Of a DNA stretch of 64,000 nucleotides, positions 1 through 13,400 are shown piece after piece; position 1 is the stretch's first letter, and every line of letters begins with the position of its first letter. Below the pieces are notes generated by a model, which was not told where the DNA came from, did not search any database, and saw nothing but the letters and a program-made list of their open reading frames with translations. Origin of the DNA: Eledone cirrhosa (Eukaryota); NCBI GenBank assembly GCA_964016885.1, contig CAXHJY010001551.1, forward strand, positions 1 through 64,000, given 5' to 3'. Made by a program: the position numbers and the translations under genes.

Positions 1-3000
1 CTAACCTATCCTAAGCTAAGCTATCCTAAGCTATCCTAAGCTAAGCTATCCTAATCTATCCTAAGCTAAGCTATCCTAAGCTATCCTAAGCTAAGCTATC
101 CTAAGCTATCCTAAGCTAAGCTAAGCTAAGCTATCCTAAGCTATCCTAAGCTAAGCTATCCTAAGCTAAGCTATCCTAAGCTAAGCTATCCTAAGCTATC
201 CTAAGCTAAGCTATCCTAAGCTATCCTAAGCTAAGCTATCCTAAGCTATCCTAAGCTAAGCTAAGCTAAGCTATCCTAAGCTAAGCTAAGCTAAGCTCTC
301 CTAAGCTAAGCTAAGCTAAGCTATCCTAAGCTAAGCTAAGCTTTCCTAAGCTAAGCTAAGCTAAGCTATCCTAAGCTAAGCTAATCTATCCTAAGCTAAG
401 CTAAGCTAAGCTATCCTAAGCTAAGCTAAGCTAAGCTATCCTAAGCTAAGCTAAGCTAAGCTATCCTAAGCTAAGCTAAGCTAAGCTATCCTAAGCTAAG
501 CTAAGCTAAGCTATCCTAAGCTAAGCTAAGCTAAGCTATCCTAAGCTAAGCTAAGCTAAGCTATGCTAAGCTAAGCTAAGCTATCCTAAGCTAAGCTAAG
601 CTAAGCTATCCTAAGCTAAGCTAAGCTAAGCTATCCTAAGCTAAGCTAAGCTAAGCTATCCTAAGCTATCCTAAGCTATACTAAGCTAAGCTAAGCTATC
701 CTAAGCTAAGCTAAGCTAAGCTATCCTAAGCTAAGCCAAGCTAAGCTATCCTAAGCTAAGCTAAGCTATCCTAAGCTAAGCTAAGCTAAGCTATCCTAAG
801 CTAAGCTAAGCTAAGCTATCCTAAGCTATCCTAAGCTAAGCTATCCTAAGCTAAGCTAAGCTAAGCTATCCTAAGCTAAGCTAAGCTAAGCTATCCTAAG
901 CTAAGCTAAACTAAGCTATCCTAAGCTAAGCTAAGCTAAGCTATCCTAAGCTAAGCTATCCTAAGCTATCCTAAGCTAAGCTAAGCTAAGCTAACCTAAG
1001 CTAAGCTATCCTAAGCTAAGCTATCCTAAGCTAAGCTATCCTAAGCTAAGCTAAGCTATCCTAAGCTAAGCTAAGCTAAGCTATCCTAAGCTAAGCTAAG
1101 CTATCCTAAGCTAAGCTAAGCTAAGCTGTCCTAAGCTAAGCTAAGCTAAGCTATCCTAAGCTAAGCTAAGCTAAGCTATCCTAAGCTAAGCTAAGCTATC
1201 CTAAGCTAAGCTAAGCTAAGCTATCCTAAGCTAAGCTAAGCTAAGCTATCCTAAGCTATCCTAAGCTATCCTAAGCTAAGCTATCCTAAGCTATCCTAAG
1301 CTAAGCTATCCTAAGCTATCCTAAGCTAAGCTAAGCTAAGCTATCCTAAGCTAAGCTAAGCTAAGCTATCCTAAGCTAAGCTAATCTAAGCTATCCTAAG
1401 CTAAGCTAAGCTAAGCTATCCTAAGCTATCCTAAGCTAAGCTATCCTAAGCTAAGCTATCCTAAGCTATCCTAAGCTAAGCTATCCTAAGCTATCCTAAG
1501 CTAAGCTATCCTAAGCTAAGCTATCCTAAGCTATCCTAAGCTAAGCTATCCTAAGCTATCCTAAGCTAAGCTATCCTAAGCTTAGCTAAGCTAAGCTAAG
1601 CTAACCTAAGCTAAGCTATCCTAAGCTAAGCTAAGCTAAGCTATCCTAAGCTAAGCTAAGCTATCCTAAGCTATCCTAAGCTAAGCTATCCTAAGCTAAG
1701 CTATCCTAAGCTAAGCTATCCTAAGCTATCCTAAGCTAAGCTATCCTAAGCTAAGCTCTCCTAAGGTAAGCTATCCTAAGCTATCCTAAGCTAAGCTATC
1801 CTAAGCTATCCTAAGCTAAGCTAAGCTAAGCTAAGCTCTCCTAAGCTAAGCTAAGCTAAGCTATCCTAAGCTAAGCTAAGCTAAGCTAAGCTAAGCTATC
1901 CTAAGCTAAGCTAAGCTAAGCTACCTAAGCTAAGCTAAGCTAAGCTATTCTAAGCTAAGCTAAGCTAAGCTATCCTAAGCTAAGCTAAGCTAAGCTCTCC
2001 TAAGCTAAGCTAAGCTAAGCTATCCTAAGCTAAGCTAAGCTTTCCTAAGCTAAGCTAAGCTAAGCTATCCTAAGCTAAGCTAATCTATCCTAAGCTAAGC
2101 TAAGCTAAGCTATCCTAAGCTAAGCTAAGCTAAGCTATCCTAAGCTAAGCTAAGCTAAGCTATCCTAAGATAAGCTAAGCTAAGCTATCCTAAGCTAAGC
2201 TAAGCTAAGCTATCCTAAGCTAAGCTAAGCTATCCTAAGCTAAGCTAAGCTAAGCTATCCTAAGCTAAGCTAAGCTATCCTAAGCTAAGCTAAGCTAAGC
2301 TATCCTAAGCTAAGCTAAGCTAAGCTATCCTAAGCTATCCTAAGCTAAGCTATCCTAAGCTAAGCTATCCTAAGCTATCCTAAGCTAAGCTATCCTAAGC
2401 TAAGCTAAGCTAAGCTATCCTAAGCTAAGCTAAGCAATCCTAAGCTAAGCTAAGCTAAGCTATCCTAAGCTAAGCTAAGCTAAGCTATCCTAAGCTAAGC
2501 TAAGCTAAGCTATCCTAAGCTAAGCTAAGCTAAGCTATCCTAAGCTAAGCTAAGCTAAGCTATCCTAAGCTAAGCTAAGCTAAGCTATCCTAAGCTATCC
2601 TAAGCTATCCTAAGCTAAGCTAAGCTAAGCTATCCTAAGCTAAGCTAAGCTAAGCTATCCTAAGCTAAGCTAAGCTAAGCTATCCTAAGCTATGCTAAGC
2701 TATCCTAAGCTAAGCTAAGCTAAGCTATCCTAAGCTAAGCTAAGCTAAGCTATCCTAAGCTATCCTAAGCTAAGCTATCCTAAGCTAAGCTAAGCTAAGC
2801 TATCCTAAGCTAAGCTAAGCTAAGCTATCCTAAGCTAAGCTAAGCTAAGCTATCCTAAGCTAAGCTAAGCTAAGCTATCCTAAGCTAAGCTATCCTAAGC
2901 TATCCTAAGCTAAGCTAAGCTAAGCTAACCTAAGCTAAGCTATCCTAAGCTAAGCTATCCTAAGCTAAGCTATCCTAAGCTAAGCTAAGCTAAGCTATCC

Positions 3001-4813
3001 TAAGCTAAGCTAAGCTAAGCTATCCTAAGCTAAGCTAAGCTATCCTAAGCTAAGCTAAGCTAAGCTGTCCTAAGCTAAGCTAAGCTAAGCTATCCTAAGC
3101 TAAGCTAAGCTAAGCTATCCTAAGCTAAGCTAAGCTATCCTAAGCTAAGCTAAGCTAAGCTATCCTAAGCTAAGCTAAGCTAAGCTATCCTAAGCTAAGC
3201 TAAGCTAAGCTATCCTAAGCTATCCTAAGCTATCCTAAGCTAAGCTATCCTAAGCTATCCTAAGCTAAGCTATCCTAAGCTATCCTAAGCTAAGCTAAGC
3301 TAAGCTATCCTAAGCTAAGCTAAGCTAAGCTATCCTAAGCTAAGCTAAGCTAAGCTATCCTAAGCTAAGCTAAGCTAAGCTACCCTAAGCTATCCTAAGC
3401 TAAGCTATCCTAAGCTAAGCTATCCTAAGCTATCCTAAGCTAAGCTATCCTAAGCTATCCTAAGCTAAGCTATCCTAAGCTAAGCTATCCTAAGCTATCC
3501 TAAGCTAAGCTATCCTAAGCTATCCTAAGCTAAGCTATCCTAAGCTAAGCTAAGCTAAGCTAAGCTAACCTAAGCTAAGCTATCCTAAGCTAAGCTAAGC
3601 TAAGCTATCCTAAGCTAAGCTAAGCTAAGCTATCCTAAGCTATCCTAAGCTAAGCTATCCTAAGCTAAGCTCTCCTAAGGTAAGCTATCCTAAGCTATCC
3701 TAAGCTAAGCTATCCTAAGCTATCCTAAGCTAAGCTAAGCTAAGCTCTCCTAAGCTAAGCTAAGCTAAGCTATCCTAAGCTAAGCTAAGCTAAGCTAAGC
3801 TATCCTAAGCTAAGCTAAGCTAAGCTACCTAAGCTAAGCTAAGCTAAGCTATCCTAAGCTAAGCTAAGCTAAGCTATCCTAAGCTAAGCTAAGCTAAGCT
3901 CTCCTAAGCTAAGCTAAACTAAGCTATCCTAAGCTAAGCTAAGCTTTCCTAAGCTAAGCTAAGCTAAGCTATCCTAAGCTAAGCTAATCTATCCTAAGCT
4001 AAGCTAAGCTAAGCTATCCTAAGCTAAGCTAAGCTAAGCTATCCTAAGCTAAGCTAAGCTAAGCTATCCTAAGCTAAGCTAAGCTAAGCTATCCTAAGCT
4101 AAGCTAAGCTATCCTAAGCTAAGCTAAGCTAAGCTATCCTAAGCTAAGCTAAGCTATCCTAAGCTAAGCTAAGCTAAGCTATCCTAAGCTATCCTAAGCT
4201 ATCCTAAGCTAAGCTAAGCTAAGCTATCCTAAGCTAAGCTAAGCTAAGCTATCCTAAGCTAAGCTAAGCTAAGCTATCCTAAGCTAAGCTAAGCTAAGCT
4301 ATCCTAAGCTAAGCTAAGCTAAGCAATCCTAAGCTATCCTAAGCTAAGCTATCCTAAGCTAAGCTAAGCTAAGCTATCCTAAGCTAAACTAAGCTAAGCT
4401 AACCTAAGCTAAGCTAAGCTAAGCTATCCTAAGCTATCCTAAGCTAAGCTATCCTAAGCTAAGCTAAGCTAAGCTATCCTAAGCTAAACTAAGCTAAGCT
4501 AACCTAAGCTAAGCTAAGCTAAGCTATCCTAAGCTAAGCTATCCTAAGCTATCCTAAGCTAAGCTAAGCTAAGCTAACCTAAGCTAAGCTATCCTAAGCT
4601 AAGCTATCCTAAGCTAAGCTATCCTAAGCTAAGCTAAGCTAAGCTATCCTAAGCTAAGCTAAGCTATCCTAAGCTAAGCTAAGCTAAGCTATCCTAAGCT
4701 AAGCTAAGCTAAGCTATCCTAAGCTATCCTAAGCTAAGCTATCCTAAGCTAAGCTATCCTAAGCTATCCCAAGCTAAGCTATCCTAAGCTAAGCTAAGCT
4801 AAGCTATCCTAAG
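1..4813 (+). repeat. ~4.8-kb higher-order block (family X), containing an internal ~1.9-kb duplication
   Basis: The signature CTAAC-CTATC...CTAAT-CTATC occurs at 1 and again at 4814. Internal marker pairs: CTGTC 1126/3065, GTAAG 1766/3680, 1-bp deletion CTAC 1921/3825. Confidence 0.8.
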
Positions 4814-5639
4814 CTAACCTATCCTAAGCTAAGCTATCCTAAGCTATCCTAAGCTAAGCTATCCTAATCTATCCTAAGCTAAGCTATCCTAAGCTATCCT
4901 AAGCTAAGCTATCCTAAGCTATCCTAAGCTAAGCTAAGCTAAGCTATCCTAAGCTATCCTAAGCTAAGCTATCCTAAGCTAAGCTATCCTAAGCTAAGCT
5001 ATCCTAAGCTATCCTAAGCTAAGCTATCCTAAGCTATCCTAAGCTAAGCTATCCTAAGCTATCCTAAGCTAAGCTAAGCTAAGCTATCCTAAGCTAAGCT
5101 AAGCTAAGCTCTCCTAAGCTAAGCTAAGCTAAGCTATCCTAAGATAAGCTAAGCTTTCCTAAGCTAAGCTAAGCTAAGCTATCCTAAGCTAAGCTAATCT
5201 ATCCTAAGCTAAGCTAAGCTAAGCTATCCTAAGCTAAGCTAAGCTAAGCTATCCTAAGCTAAGCTAAGCTAAGCTATCCTAAGCTAAGCTAAGCTAAGCT
5301 ATCCTAAGCTAAGCTAAGCTAAGCTATCCTAAGCTAAGCTAAGCTAAGCTATCCTAAGCTAAGCTAAGCTAAGCTATCCTAAGCTAAGCTAAGCTATCCT
5401 AAGCTAAGCTAAGCTAAGCTATCCTAAGCTAAGCTAAGCTAAGCTATCCTAAGCTAAGCTAAGCTAAGCTATCCTAAGCTATCCTAAGCTATCCTAAGCT
5501 AAGCTAAGCTAAGCTATCCTAAGCTAAGCTAAGCTAAGCTATCCTAAGCTAAGCCAAGCTAAGCTATCCTAAGCTAAGCTAAGCTATCCTAAGCTAAGCT
5601 AAGCTAAGCTATCCTAAGCTAAGCTAAGCTAAGCTATCC

Positions 5640-8600
5640 TAAGCTAAGCTAAGCTCTCCTAAGCTAAGCTAAGCTATCCTAAGCTAAGCTAAGCTAAGCT
5701 AAGCTATCCTAAGCTAAGCTAAGCTAAGCTATCCTAATCTAAGCTAAGCTATCCTAAGCTAAGCTAAGCTATCCTAAGCTAACCTAAGCTATCCTAAGCT
5801 AAGCTAAGCTATCCTAAGCTAAGCTAAGTTAAGCTATCCTATGCTAAGCTAAGTTAAGCTATCCTAAGCTAAGCTAAGCTAAGCTATCCTAAGCTAAGCT
5901 AAGTTAAGCTATCCTAAGCTAAGCTAAGCTATCCTAAGCTAAGCTAAGCTAAGCTATCCTAAGCTAAGCTAAGCTAAGCTATCCTAAGCTAAGCTAAGCT
6001 ATCCTAAGCTAAGCTAAGCTATCCTAAGCTAAGCTAAGCTATCCTAAGCTAAGCTAAGCTATCCTAAGCTAAGCTAAGCTAAGCTATCCTAAGCTAAGCT
6101 AAGTTAAGCTATCCTAAGCTAAGCTAAGCTAAGCTATCCTAAGCTAAGCTAAGCTAAGCTATCCTAAGCTAAGCTAAGCTATCCTAAGCTAAGCTAAGCT
6201 AAGCTATCCTAAGCTAAGCTAAGCTAAGCTATCCTAAGCTAAGCTAAGCTATCCTAAGCTAAGCTATCCTAAGCTAAGCTAAGCTAAGCTATCCTAAGCT
6301 AAGCTAAGCTAAGCTATCCTAAGCTAAGCTAAGGTATCCTAAGCTAAGCTAAGCTAAGCTATCCGAAGCTAAGCTATCCTAAGCTAAGCTAAGCTATCCT
6401 AAGCTAAGCTAAGCTATCCTAAGCTAAGCTAAGCTATCCTAAGCTAAGCTAAGCTATCCTAAGCTAAGCTAAGCTATCCTAAGCTAAGCTAAGCTAAGCT
6501 ATCCTAAGCTAAGCTAAGGTATCCTCAGCTAAGCTAAGCTAAGCTATCCTAAGCTAAGCTAAGCTAAGCTATCCTAAGCTAAGCTAAGCTATCCTAAGCT
6601 AAGCTAAGCTATCCTAAGCTAAGCTAAGCTAAGCTATCCTAAGCTAAGCTAAGTTAAGCTATCCTAAGCTAAGCTAAGCTATCCTAAGCTAAGCTAAGCT
6701 AAGCTATCCTAAGCTAAGCTAAGCTATCCTAAGCTAAGCTAAGCTAAGCTAACCTAAGCTAAGCTAAGCAAGCTATCCTAAGCTAAGCTATGCTATCCTA
6801 AGCTAAGCTAAGCTATCCTAAGCTAAGCTAAGTTAAGCTATCCTAAGCTAAGCTAAGCTAAGCAATCCTAAGCTAAGCTAAGCTATCCTAAGCTAAGCTA
6901 AGCTAAGCTAAGCTATCCTAATCTAAGCTAAGCTAAGCTATCCTAAGGTAAGCTAAGCTAAGCTATCCTAAGCTAAGCTAAGCTATCCTAAGCTAAGCTA
7001 AGCTAAGCTATCCTAAGCTAAGCTAAGCTAAGCTATCCTAAGCTAAGCTAAGCTATCCTAAGCTAAGCTAAGCTATCCTAAGCTAAGCTAAGCTTACCTA
7101 AGCTAAGCTAAGCTAAGCTATCCTAAGTTAAGCTAAGCTATCCTAAGCTAAGCTAAGCTAAGCTATCCTAAGCTAAGCTAAGCTATCCTAAGCTAAGCTA
7201 AGCTATCCTAAGCTAAGCTAAGCTAAGCTATCATAAGCTAAGCTACGTTAAGCTATCCTAAGCTAAGCTAAGCTAAGCTATCCTAAGCTAAGCTAAGCTA
7301 TCCTAAGCTAAGCTAAGCTATCCTAAGCTAAGCTAAGCTAAGCTATCCTAAGCTAAGCTAAGTTAAGCTATCCTAAGCTAAGCTAAGCTAAGCTATCCTA
7401 AGCTAAGCTAAGTTAAGCTATCCTAAGCTAAGCTAAGCTAAGCTATCCTAAGCTAAGCTAAGCTAAGCTATCCTAAGCTAAGCTAAGCTAAGCTATCCTA
7501 AGCTAAGCTAAGCTAAGCTATCCTAAGCTAAGCTAAGCTAAGCTATCCTAAGCTAAGCTAAGCTAAGCTATCCTAAGCTAAGCTAAGCTATCCTAAGCTA
7601 AGCTAAGCTATCCTAAGCTAAGCTAAGCTATCCTAAGCTAAGCTAAGCTAAGCTATCCTAAGCTAAGCTAAGTTAAGCTATCCTAAGCTAAGCTAAGCTA
7701 AGCTATCCTAAGCTAAGCTAAGCTATCCTAAGCTAAGCTAAGCTATCCTAAGCTATGCTAAGCTATCCTAAGCTAAGCTAAGCTAAGCTATCCTAAGCTA
7801 AGCTAAGCTAAGCTATCCTAAGCTAAGCTAAGCTATCCTAAGCTAAGCTAAGCTATCCTAAGCTAAGTTAAGCTAAGCTATCCTAAGCTAAGCTAAGTTA
7901 AGCTATCCTAAGCTAAGCTAAGCTAAGCTATCCTAAGCTAAGCTAAGCTAAGCTATCCTAAGCTAAGCTAAGCTATCCTAAGCTAAGCTAAGCTAAGCTA
8001 TCCTAAGCTAAGCTAAGCTAAGCTATCCTAAGCTAAGCTAAGCTATCCTAAGCTAAGCTAAGCTAAGCTATCCTAAGCTAAGCTAAGTTAAGCTATCCTA
8101 AGCTAAGCTAAGCTATCCTAAGCTAAGCTAAGCTATCCTAAGCTAAGCTAAGCTAAGCTATCCTAAGCTAAGCTAAGCTATCCTAAGCTAAGCTAAGCTA
8201 TCCTAAGCTAAGCTAAGCTATCCTAAGCTAAGCTAAGCTATCCTAAGCTAAGCTAAGCTAAGCTATCCTACGCTAAGCTAAGCTAAGCTATCCTAAGCTA
8301 AGCTAAGCTAAGCTATCCTAAGCTAAGCTAAGCTAAGCTATCCTAAGCTAAGCTAAGCTATCCTAAGCTAAGCTAAGCTATCCTAAGCTAAGCTAAGCTA
8401 AGCTATCCTAAGCTAAGCTAAGCTAAGCTATCCTAAGCTAAGCTAAGGTAAGCTATCCTAAGCTAAGCTAAGCTATCCTAAGCTAAGCTATCCTAAGCTA
8501 AGCTAAGCTAAGCTATCCTAAGCTAAGCTAAGCTAAGCTATCCTAAGCTAAGCTAAGTTAAGCTATCCTAAGCTAAGCTAAGCTATCCTAAGCTAAGCTA

Positions 8601-10480
8601 AGCTATCCTAAGCTAAGCTAAGCTAAGCTATCCTAAGCTAAGCTAAGCTATCCTAAGCTAAGCTATCCTAAGCTAAGCTAAGCTATCCTAAGCTAAGCTA
8701 AGCTAAGCTAAGCTATCCTAAGCTAAGCTAAGCTATCCTAAGCTAAGCTAAGCTATCCTAAGCTAAGCTAAGCTAAGCTATCCTAAGCTAAGCTAAGCTA
8801 AGCTATCCAAAGCTAAGCTAAGCTAAGCTATCCTAAGCTAAGCTAAGTTAAGCTATCCTAAGCTAAGCTAAGCTAAGCTATCCTAAGCTAAGCTAAGCTA
8901 AGCTATCCTAAGCTAAACAAAGTTAAGCTATCCTAAGCTAAGTTAAGCTATCCTAAGCTAAGCTAAGCTAAGCTATCCTAAGCTCACCTAAGCTATCCTA
9001 AGCTAAGCTAAGCTAAGCTATCCTAAGCTAAGCTAAGCTAAGCTATCCTAAGCTAAGCTAAGCTATCCTAAGCTAAGCTAAGCTATCCTAAGCTAAGCTA
9101 AGCTAAGCTATCCTAAGCTAAGCTAAGCTAAGCTATCCTAAGCTAAGCTAAGCTATCCTAAGCTAAGCTAAGCTATCCTAAGCTAAGCTAAGCTATCCTA
9201 AGCTAAGCTAAGCTATCCTAAGCTAAGCTAAGCTAAGCTATCCTAAGCTAAGCTAAGCTATCCTAAGCTAAGCTAAGCTAAGCTATCCTAAGCTAAGCTA
9301 AGCTATCCTAAGCTAAGCTAAGCTATCCTAAGCTAAGCTAAGCTAAGCTATCCTAAGCTAAGCTTAGCTAAGCTATCCTAAGCTAAGCTAAGCTATCCTA
9401 AGCTAAGCTAAGCTAAGCTATCCTAAGCTAAGCTAAGCTAACCTATCCTAAGCTAAGCTAAGCTATCCTAAGCTAAGTTAAGCTATCCTAAGCTAAGCTA
9501 AGCTAAGCTATCCTAAGCTAAGCTAAGCTAAGCTATCCTAAGCTAAGCTAAGCTATCCTAAGCTAAGCTAAGCTAAGCTATCCTAAGCTAAGCTAAGCTA
9601 AGCTATCCTAAGCTAAGCTAAGCTATCCTAAGCTAAGCTATCCTAAGCTAAGCTAAGCTAAGCTATCCTAAGCTAAGCTAAACTAAGCTATCCTAAGCTA
9701 AGCTAAGGTATCCTAAGCTAAGCTAAGCTAAGCTATCCGAAGCTAAGCTATCCTAAGCTAAGCTAAGCTATCCTAAGCTAAGCTAAGCTATCCTAAGCTA
9801 AGCTAAGCTATCCTAAGCTAAGCTAAGCTATCCTAAGCTAAGCTAAGCTATCCTAAGCTAAGCTAAGCTAAGCTATCCTAAGCTAAGCTAAGGTATCCTC
9901 AGCTAAGCTAAGCTAAGCTATCCTAAGCTAAGCTAAGCTAAGCTATCCTAAGCTAAGCTAAGCTATCCTAAGCTAAGCTAAGCTATCCTAAGCTAAGCTA
10001 AGCTAAGCTATCCTAAGCTAAGCTAAGTTAAGCTATCCTAAGCTAAGCTAAGCTAAGCTATCCTAAGCTAAGCTAAGCTAAGCTATCCTAAGCTAAGCTA
10101 AGCTAAGCTATCCTAAGCTAAGCTAAGCTAAGCTATCCTAAGCTAAGCTAAGCTAAGCTATCCTAAGCTAAGCTAAGCTAAGCTATCCTAAGCTAAGCTA
10201 AGCTAAGCTCTCCTAAGCTAAGCTAAGCTATCCTAAGCTAAGCTAAGCTAAGCTATCCTAAGCTAAGCTAAGCTAAGCTAAGCTATCCTAAGCTAAGCTA
10301 AGCTAAGCTATCCTAAGCTAAGCTAAGCTAAGCTATCCTAAGCTAAGCTAAGCTAAGCTATCCTAAGCTAAGCTAAGCTAAGCTATCCTAAGCTAAGCTA
10401 AGCTATCCTAAGCTAAGCTAAGCTATCCTAAGCTATGCTAAGCTATCCTAAGCTAAGCTAAGCTAAGCTATCCTAAGCTT
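5640..10480 (+). repeat. Distinct sub-domain: mainly AAAB/AAAAB units, TTAAG-variant rich, almost no AB dimers
   Basis: About 20 TTAAG variants (e.g. 5829, 5854, 5904, 6104, 6654, 7363, 7413, 7673, 8088, 8558, 8848, 10028), which are rare elsewhere. The 10-bp AB units common in other domains are nearly absent. Confidence 0.75.
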
Positions 10481-10499
10481 TCCTAAGCTAAGCTATCCT

Positions 10500-13400
10500 A
10501 AGCTAAGCTAAGCTAAGCTATCCTAAGCTAAGCTAAGCTATCCTAAGCTAAGCTAAGCTAAGCTACCTAAGCTAAGCTATCCTAAGCTATCCTAAGCTAA
10601 GCTATCCTAAGCTATCCTAAGCTAAGCTATCCTAAGCTAAGCTATCCTAAGCTAAGCTATCCTAAGCTAAGCTAAGCTAAGCTATCCTAAGCTAAGCTAA
10701 GCTATCCTAAGCTAAGCTAAGCTAAGCTATCCTAAGCTAAGCTAAGCTATCCTAAGCTATCCTAAGCTATCCTAAGCTAAGCTAAGCTAAGCTATCCTAA
10801 GCTAAGCTATCCTAAGCTATCCTAAGCTAAGCTAAGCTAAGCTAAGCTAACCTAAGCTAAGCTATCCTAAGCTAAGCTATCCTAAGCTAAGCTATCCTAA
10901 GCTAAGCTAAGCTAAGCTATCCTAAGCTAAGCTAAGCTATCCTAAGCTAAGCTAAGCTAAGCTATCCTAAGCTAAGCTAAGCTAAGCTATCCTAAGCTAA
11001 GCTATCCTAAGCTATCCTAAGCTAAGCTATCCTAAGCTATCCTAAGCTAAGCTATCCTAAGCTATCCTAAGCTAAGCTAAGCTAAGCTATCCTAAGCTAA
11101 GCTAAGCTAAGCTATCCTAAGCTAAGCTAAGCTAAGCTATCCTAAGCTATCCTAAGCTAAGCTATCCTAAGCTATCCTAAGCTAAGCTATCCTAAGCTAT
11201 GCTAAGCTAAGCTATCCTAAGCTAAGCTATCCTAAGCTATCCTAAGCTAAGCTATCCTAAGCTATCCTAAGCTAAGCTAAGCTATCCTAAGCTAAGCTAA
11301 GCTAAGCTAAGCTATCCTAAGCTAAGCTATGCTAAGCTAAGCTATCCTAAGCTAAGCTAAGCTAAGCTATCCTAAGCTAAGCTAAGCTAAGCTATCCTAA
11401 GCTAAGCTAAGCTATCCTAAGCTAAGCTAAGCTAAGCTATCCTAAGCTAAGCTAAGCTATCCTAAGCTAAGCTAAGCTAAGCTAAGCTAAGCTATCCTAA
11501 GCTAAGCTAAGCTAAGCTATCCTAAGCTAAGCTAAGCTATCCTAAGCTAAGCTAAGCTATCCTAAGCTAAGCTAAGCTAAGCTATCCTAAGCTAAGCTAA
11601 GCTAAGCTATCCTAAGCTAAGCTAAGCTAAGCTATCCTAAGCTAAGCTAAGCTAAGCTATCCTAAGCTAAGCTAAGCTATCCTAAGCTAAGCTAAGCTAT
11701 CCTAAGCTAAGCTAAGCTAAGCTATCCTAAGCTAAGCTAAGCTAAGCTATCCTAAGCTATCCTAAGCTAAGCAATCCTAAGCTAAGCTAAGCTGAGCTAT
11801 CCTAAGCTAAGCTAAGCTATCCGAAGCTAAGCTAAGCTAAGCTATCCTAAGCTAAGCTATCCTAAGCTATCCTAAGCTAAGCTATCCTAAGCTAAGCTAT
11901 CCTAAGCTAAGCTATCCTAAGCTATCCTAAGCTAAGCTATCCTAAGCTAAGCTAAGCTAAGCTATCCTAAGCTAAGCTAAGCTAAGCTATCATAAGCTAA
12001 GCTAAGCTATCCTAAGCTAAGCTAAGCTAAGCTATCCTAAGCTAAGCTAAGCTAAGTTATCCTAAGCTAAGCTAAGCTAAGCTATCCTAAGCTATCCTAA
12101 GCTAAGCTATCCTAAGCTAAGCTATCCTAAGCTAAGCTATCCTAAGCTATCCTAAGCTAAGCTAAGCTAAGCTATCCTAAGCTAAGCTAAGCTAAGCTAT
12201 CCTAAGCTAAGCTAAGCTAAGCTAAGCTAAGCTATCCTACGCTAAGCTAAGCTATCCTAAGCTAAGCTAAGCTAAGCTATCCTAAGCTAAGCTAAGCTAA
12301 GCTCTCCTAAGCTAAGCTAAGCTAAGCTAAGCTATCCTAAGCTAAGCTAAGCTATCCTAAGCTAAGCTAAGCTAAGCTATCCTAAGCTAAGCTAAGCTAT
12401 CCTAAGCTAAGCTAAGCTAAGCTATCCTAAGCTAAGCTAAGCTAAGCTATCCTAAGCTAAGCTAAGCTATCCTAAGCTAAGCTAAGCTAAGCTATCCTAA
12501 GCTAAGCTAAGCTATCCTAAGCTATCCTAAGCTATCCTAAGCTAAGCTAAGCTAAGCTATCCTAAGCTAAGCTATCCTAAGCTATCCTAAGCTAAGCTAA
12601 GCTAAGCTAACCTAAGCTAAGCTATCCTAAGCTAAGCTATCCTAAGCTAAGCTATCCTAAGCTAAGCTAAGCTAAGCTATCCTAAGCTAAGCTAAGCTAT
12701 CCTAAGCTAAGCTAAGCTAAGCTATCCTAAGCTAAGCTAAGCTAAGCTATCCTAAGCTAAGCTATCCTAAGCTATCCTAAGCTAAGCTATCCTAAGCTAT
12801 CCTAAGCTAAGCTATCCTAAGCTATCCTAAGCTAAGCTAAGCTAAGCTATCCTAAGCTAAGCTAAGCTAAGCTATCCTAAGCTAAGCTAAGCTAAGCTAT
12901 CCTAAGCTATCCTAAGCTAAGCTATCCTAAGCTAAGCTATCCTAAGCTAAGCTATCCTAAGCTATGCTAAGCTAAGCTATCCTAAGCTAAGCTATCCTAA
13001 GCTATTCTAAGCTAAGCTATCCTAAGCTATCCTAAGCTAAGCTAAGCTATCCTAAGCTAAGCTAAGCTAAGCTAAGCTATCCTAAGCTAAGCTATGCTAA
13101 GCTAAGCTATCCTAAGCTAAGCTAAGCTAAGCTATCCTAAGCTAAGCTAAGCTAAGCTATCCTAAGCTAAGCTAAGCTATCCTAAGCTAAGCTAAGCTAA
13201 GCTATCCTAAGCTAAGCTAAGCTATCCTAAGCTAAGCTAAGCTAAGCTAAGCTATCCTAAGCTAAGCTAAGCTAAGCTATCCTAAGCTAAGCTAAGCTAA
13301 GCTATCCTAAGCTAAGCTAAGCTAAGCTATCCTAAGCTAAGCTAAGCTATCCTAAGCTAAGCTAAGCTAAGCTATCCTAAGCTAAGCTAAGCTATCCTAA

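Noticed and set aside
1581-1585. Isolated CTTAG monomers as local inversions
   Set aside because: CTTAG is the reverse complement of CTAAG but also a single A>T change. It is never accompanied by GATAG or by runs of CTTAG, so no inversion is supported.
5640-10480. TTAA sites as piggyBac footprints
   Set aside because: They are explained by a C>T change in CTAAG, with no length change or terminal-repeat remnants.
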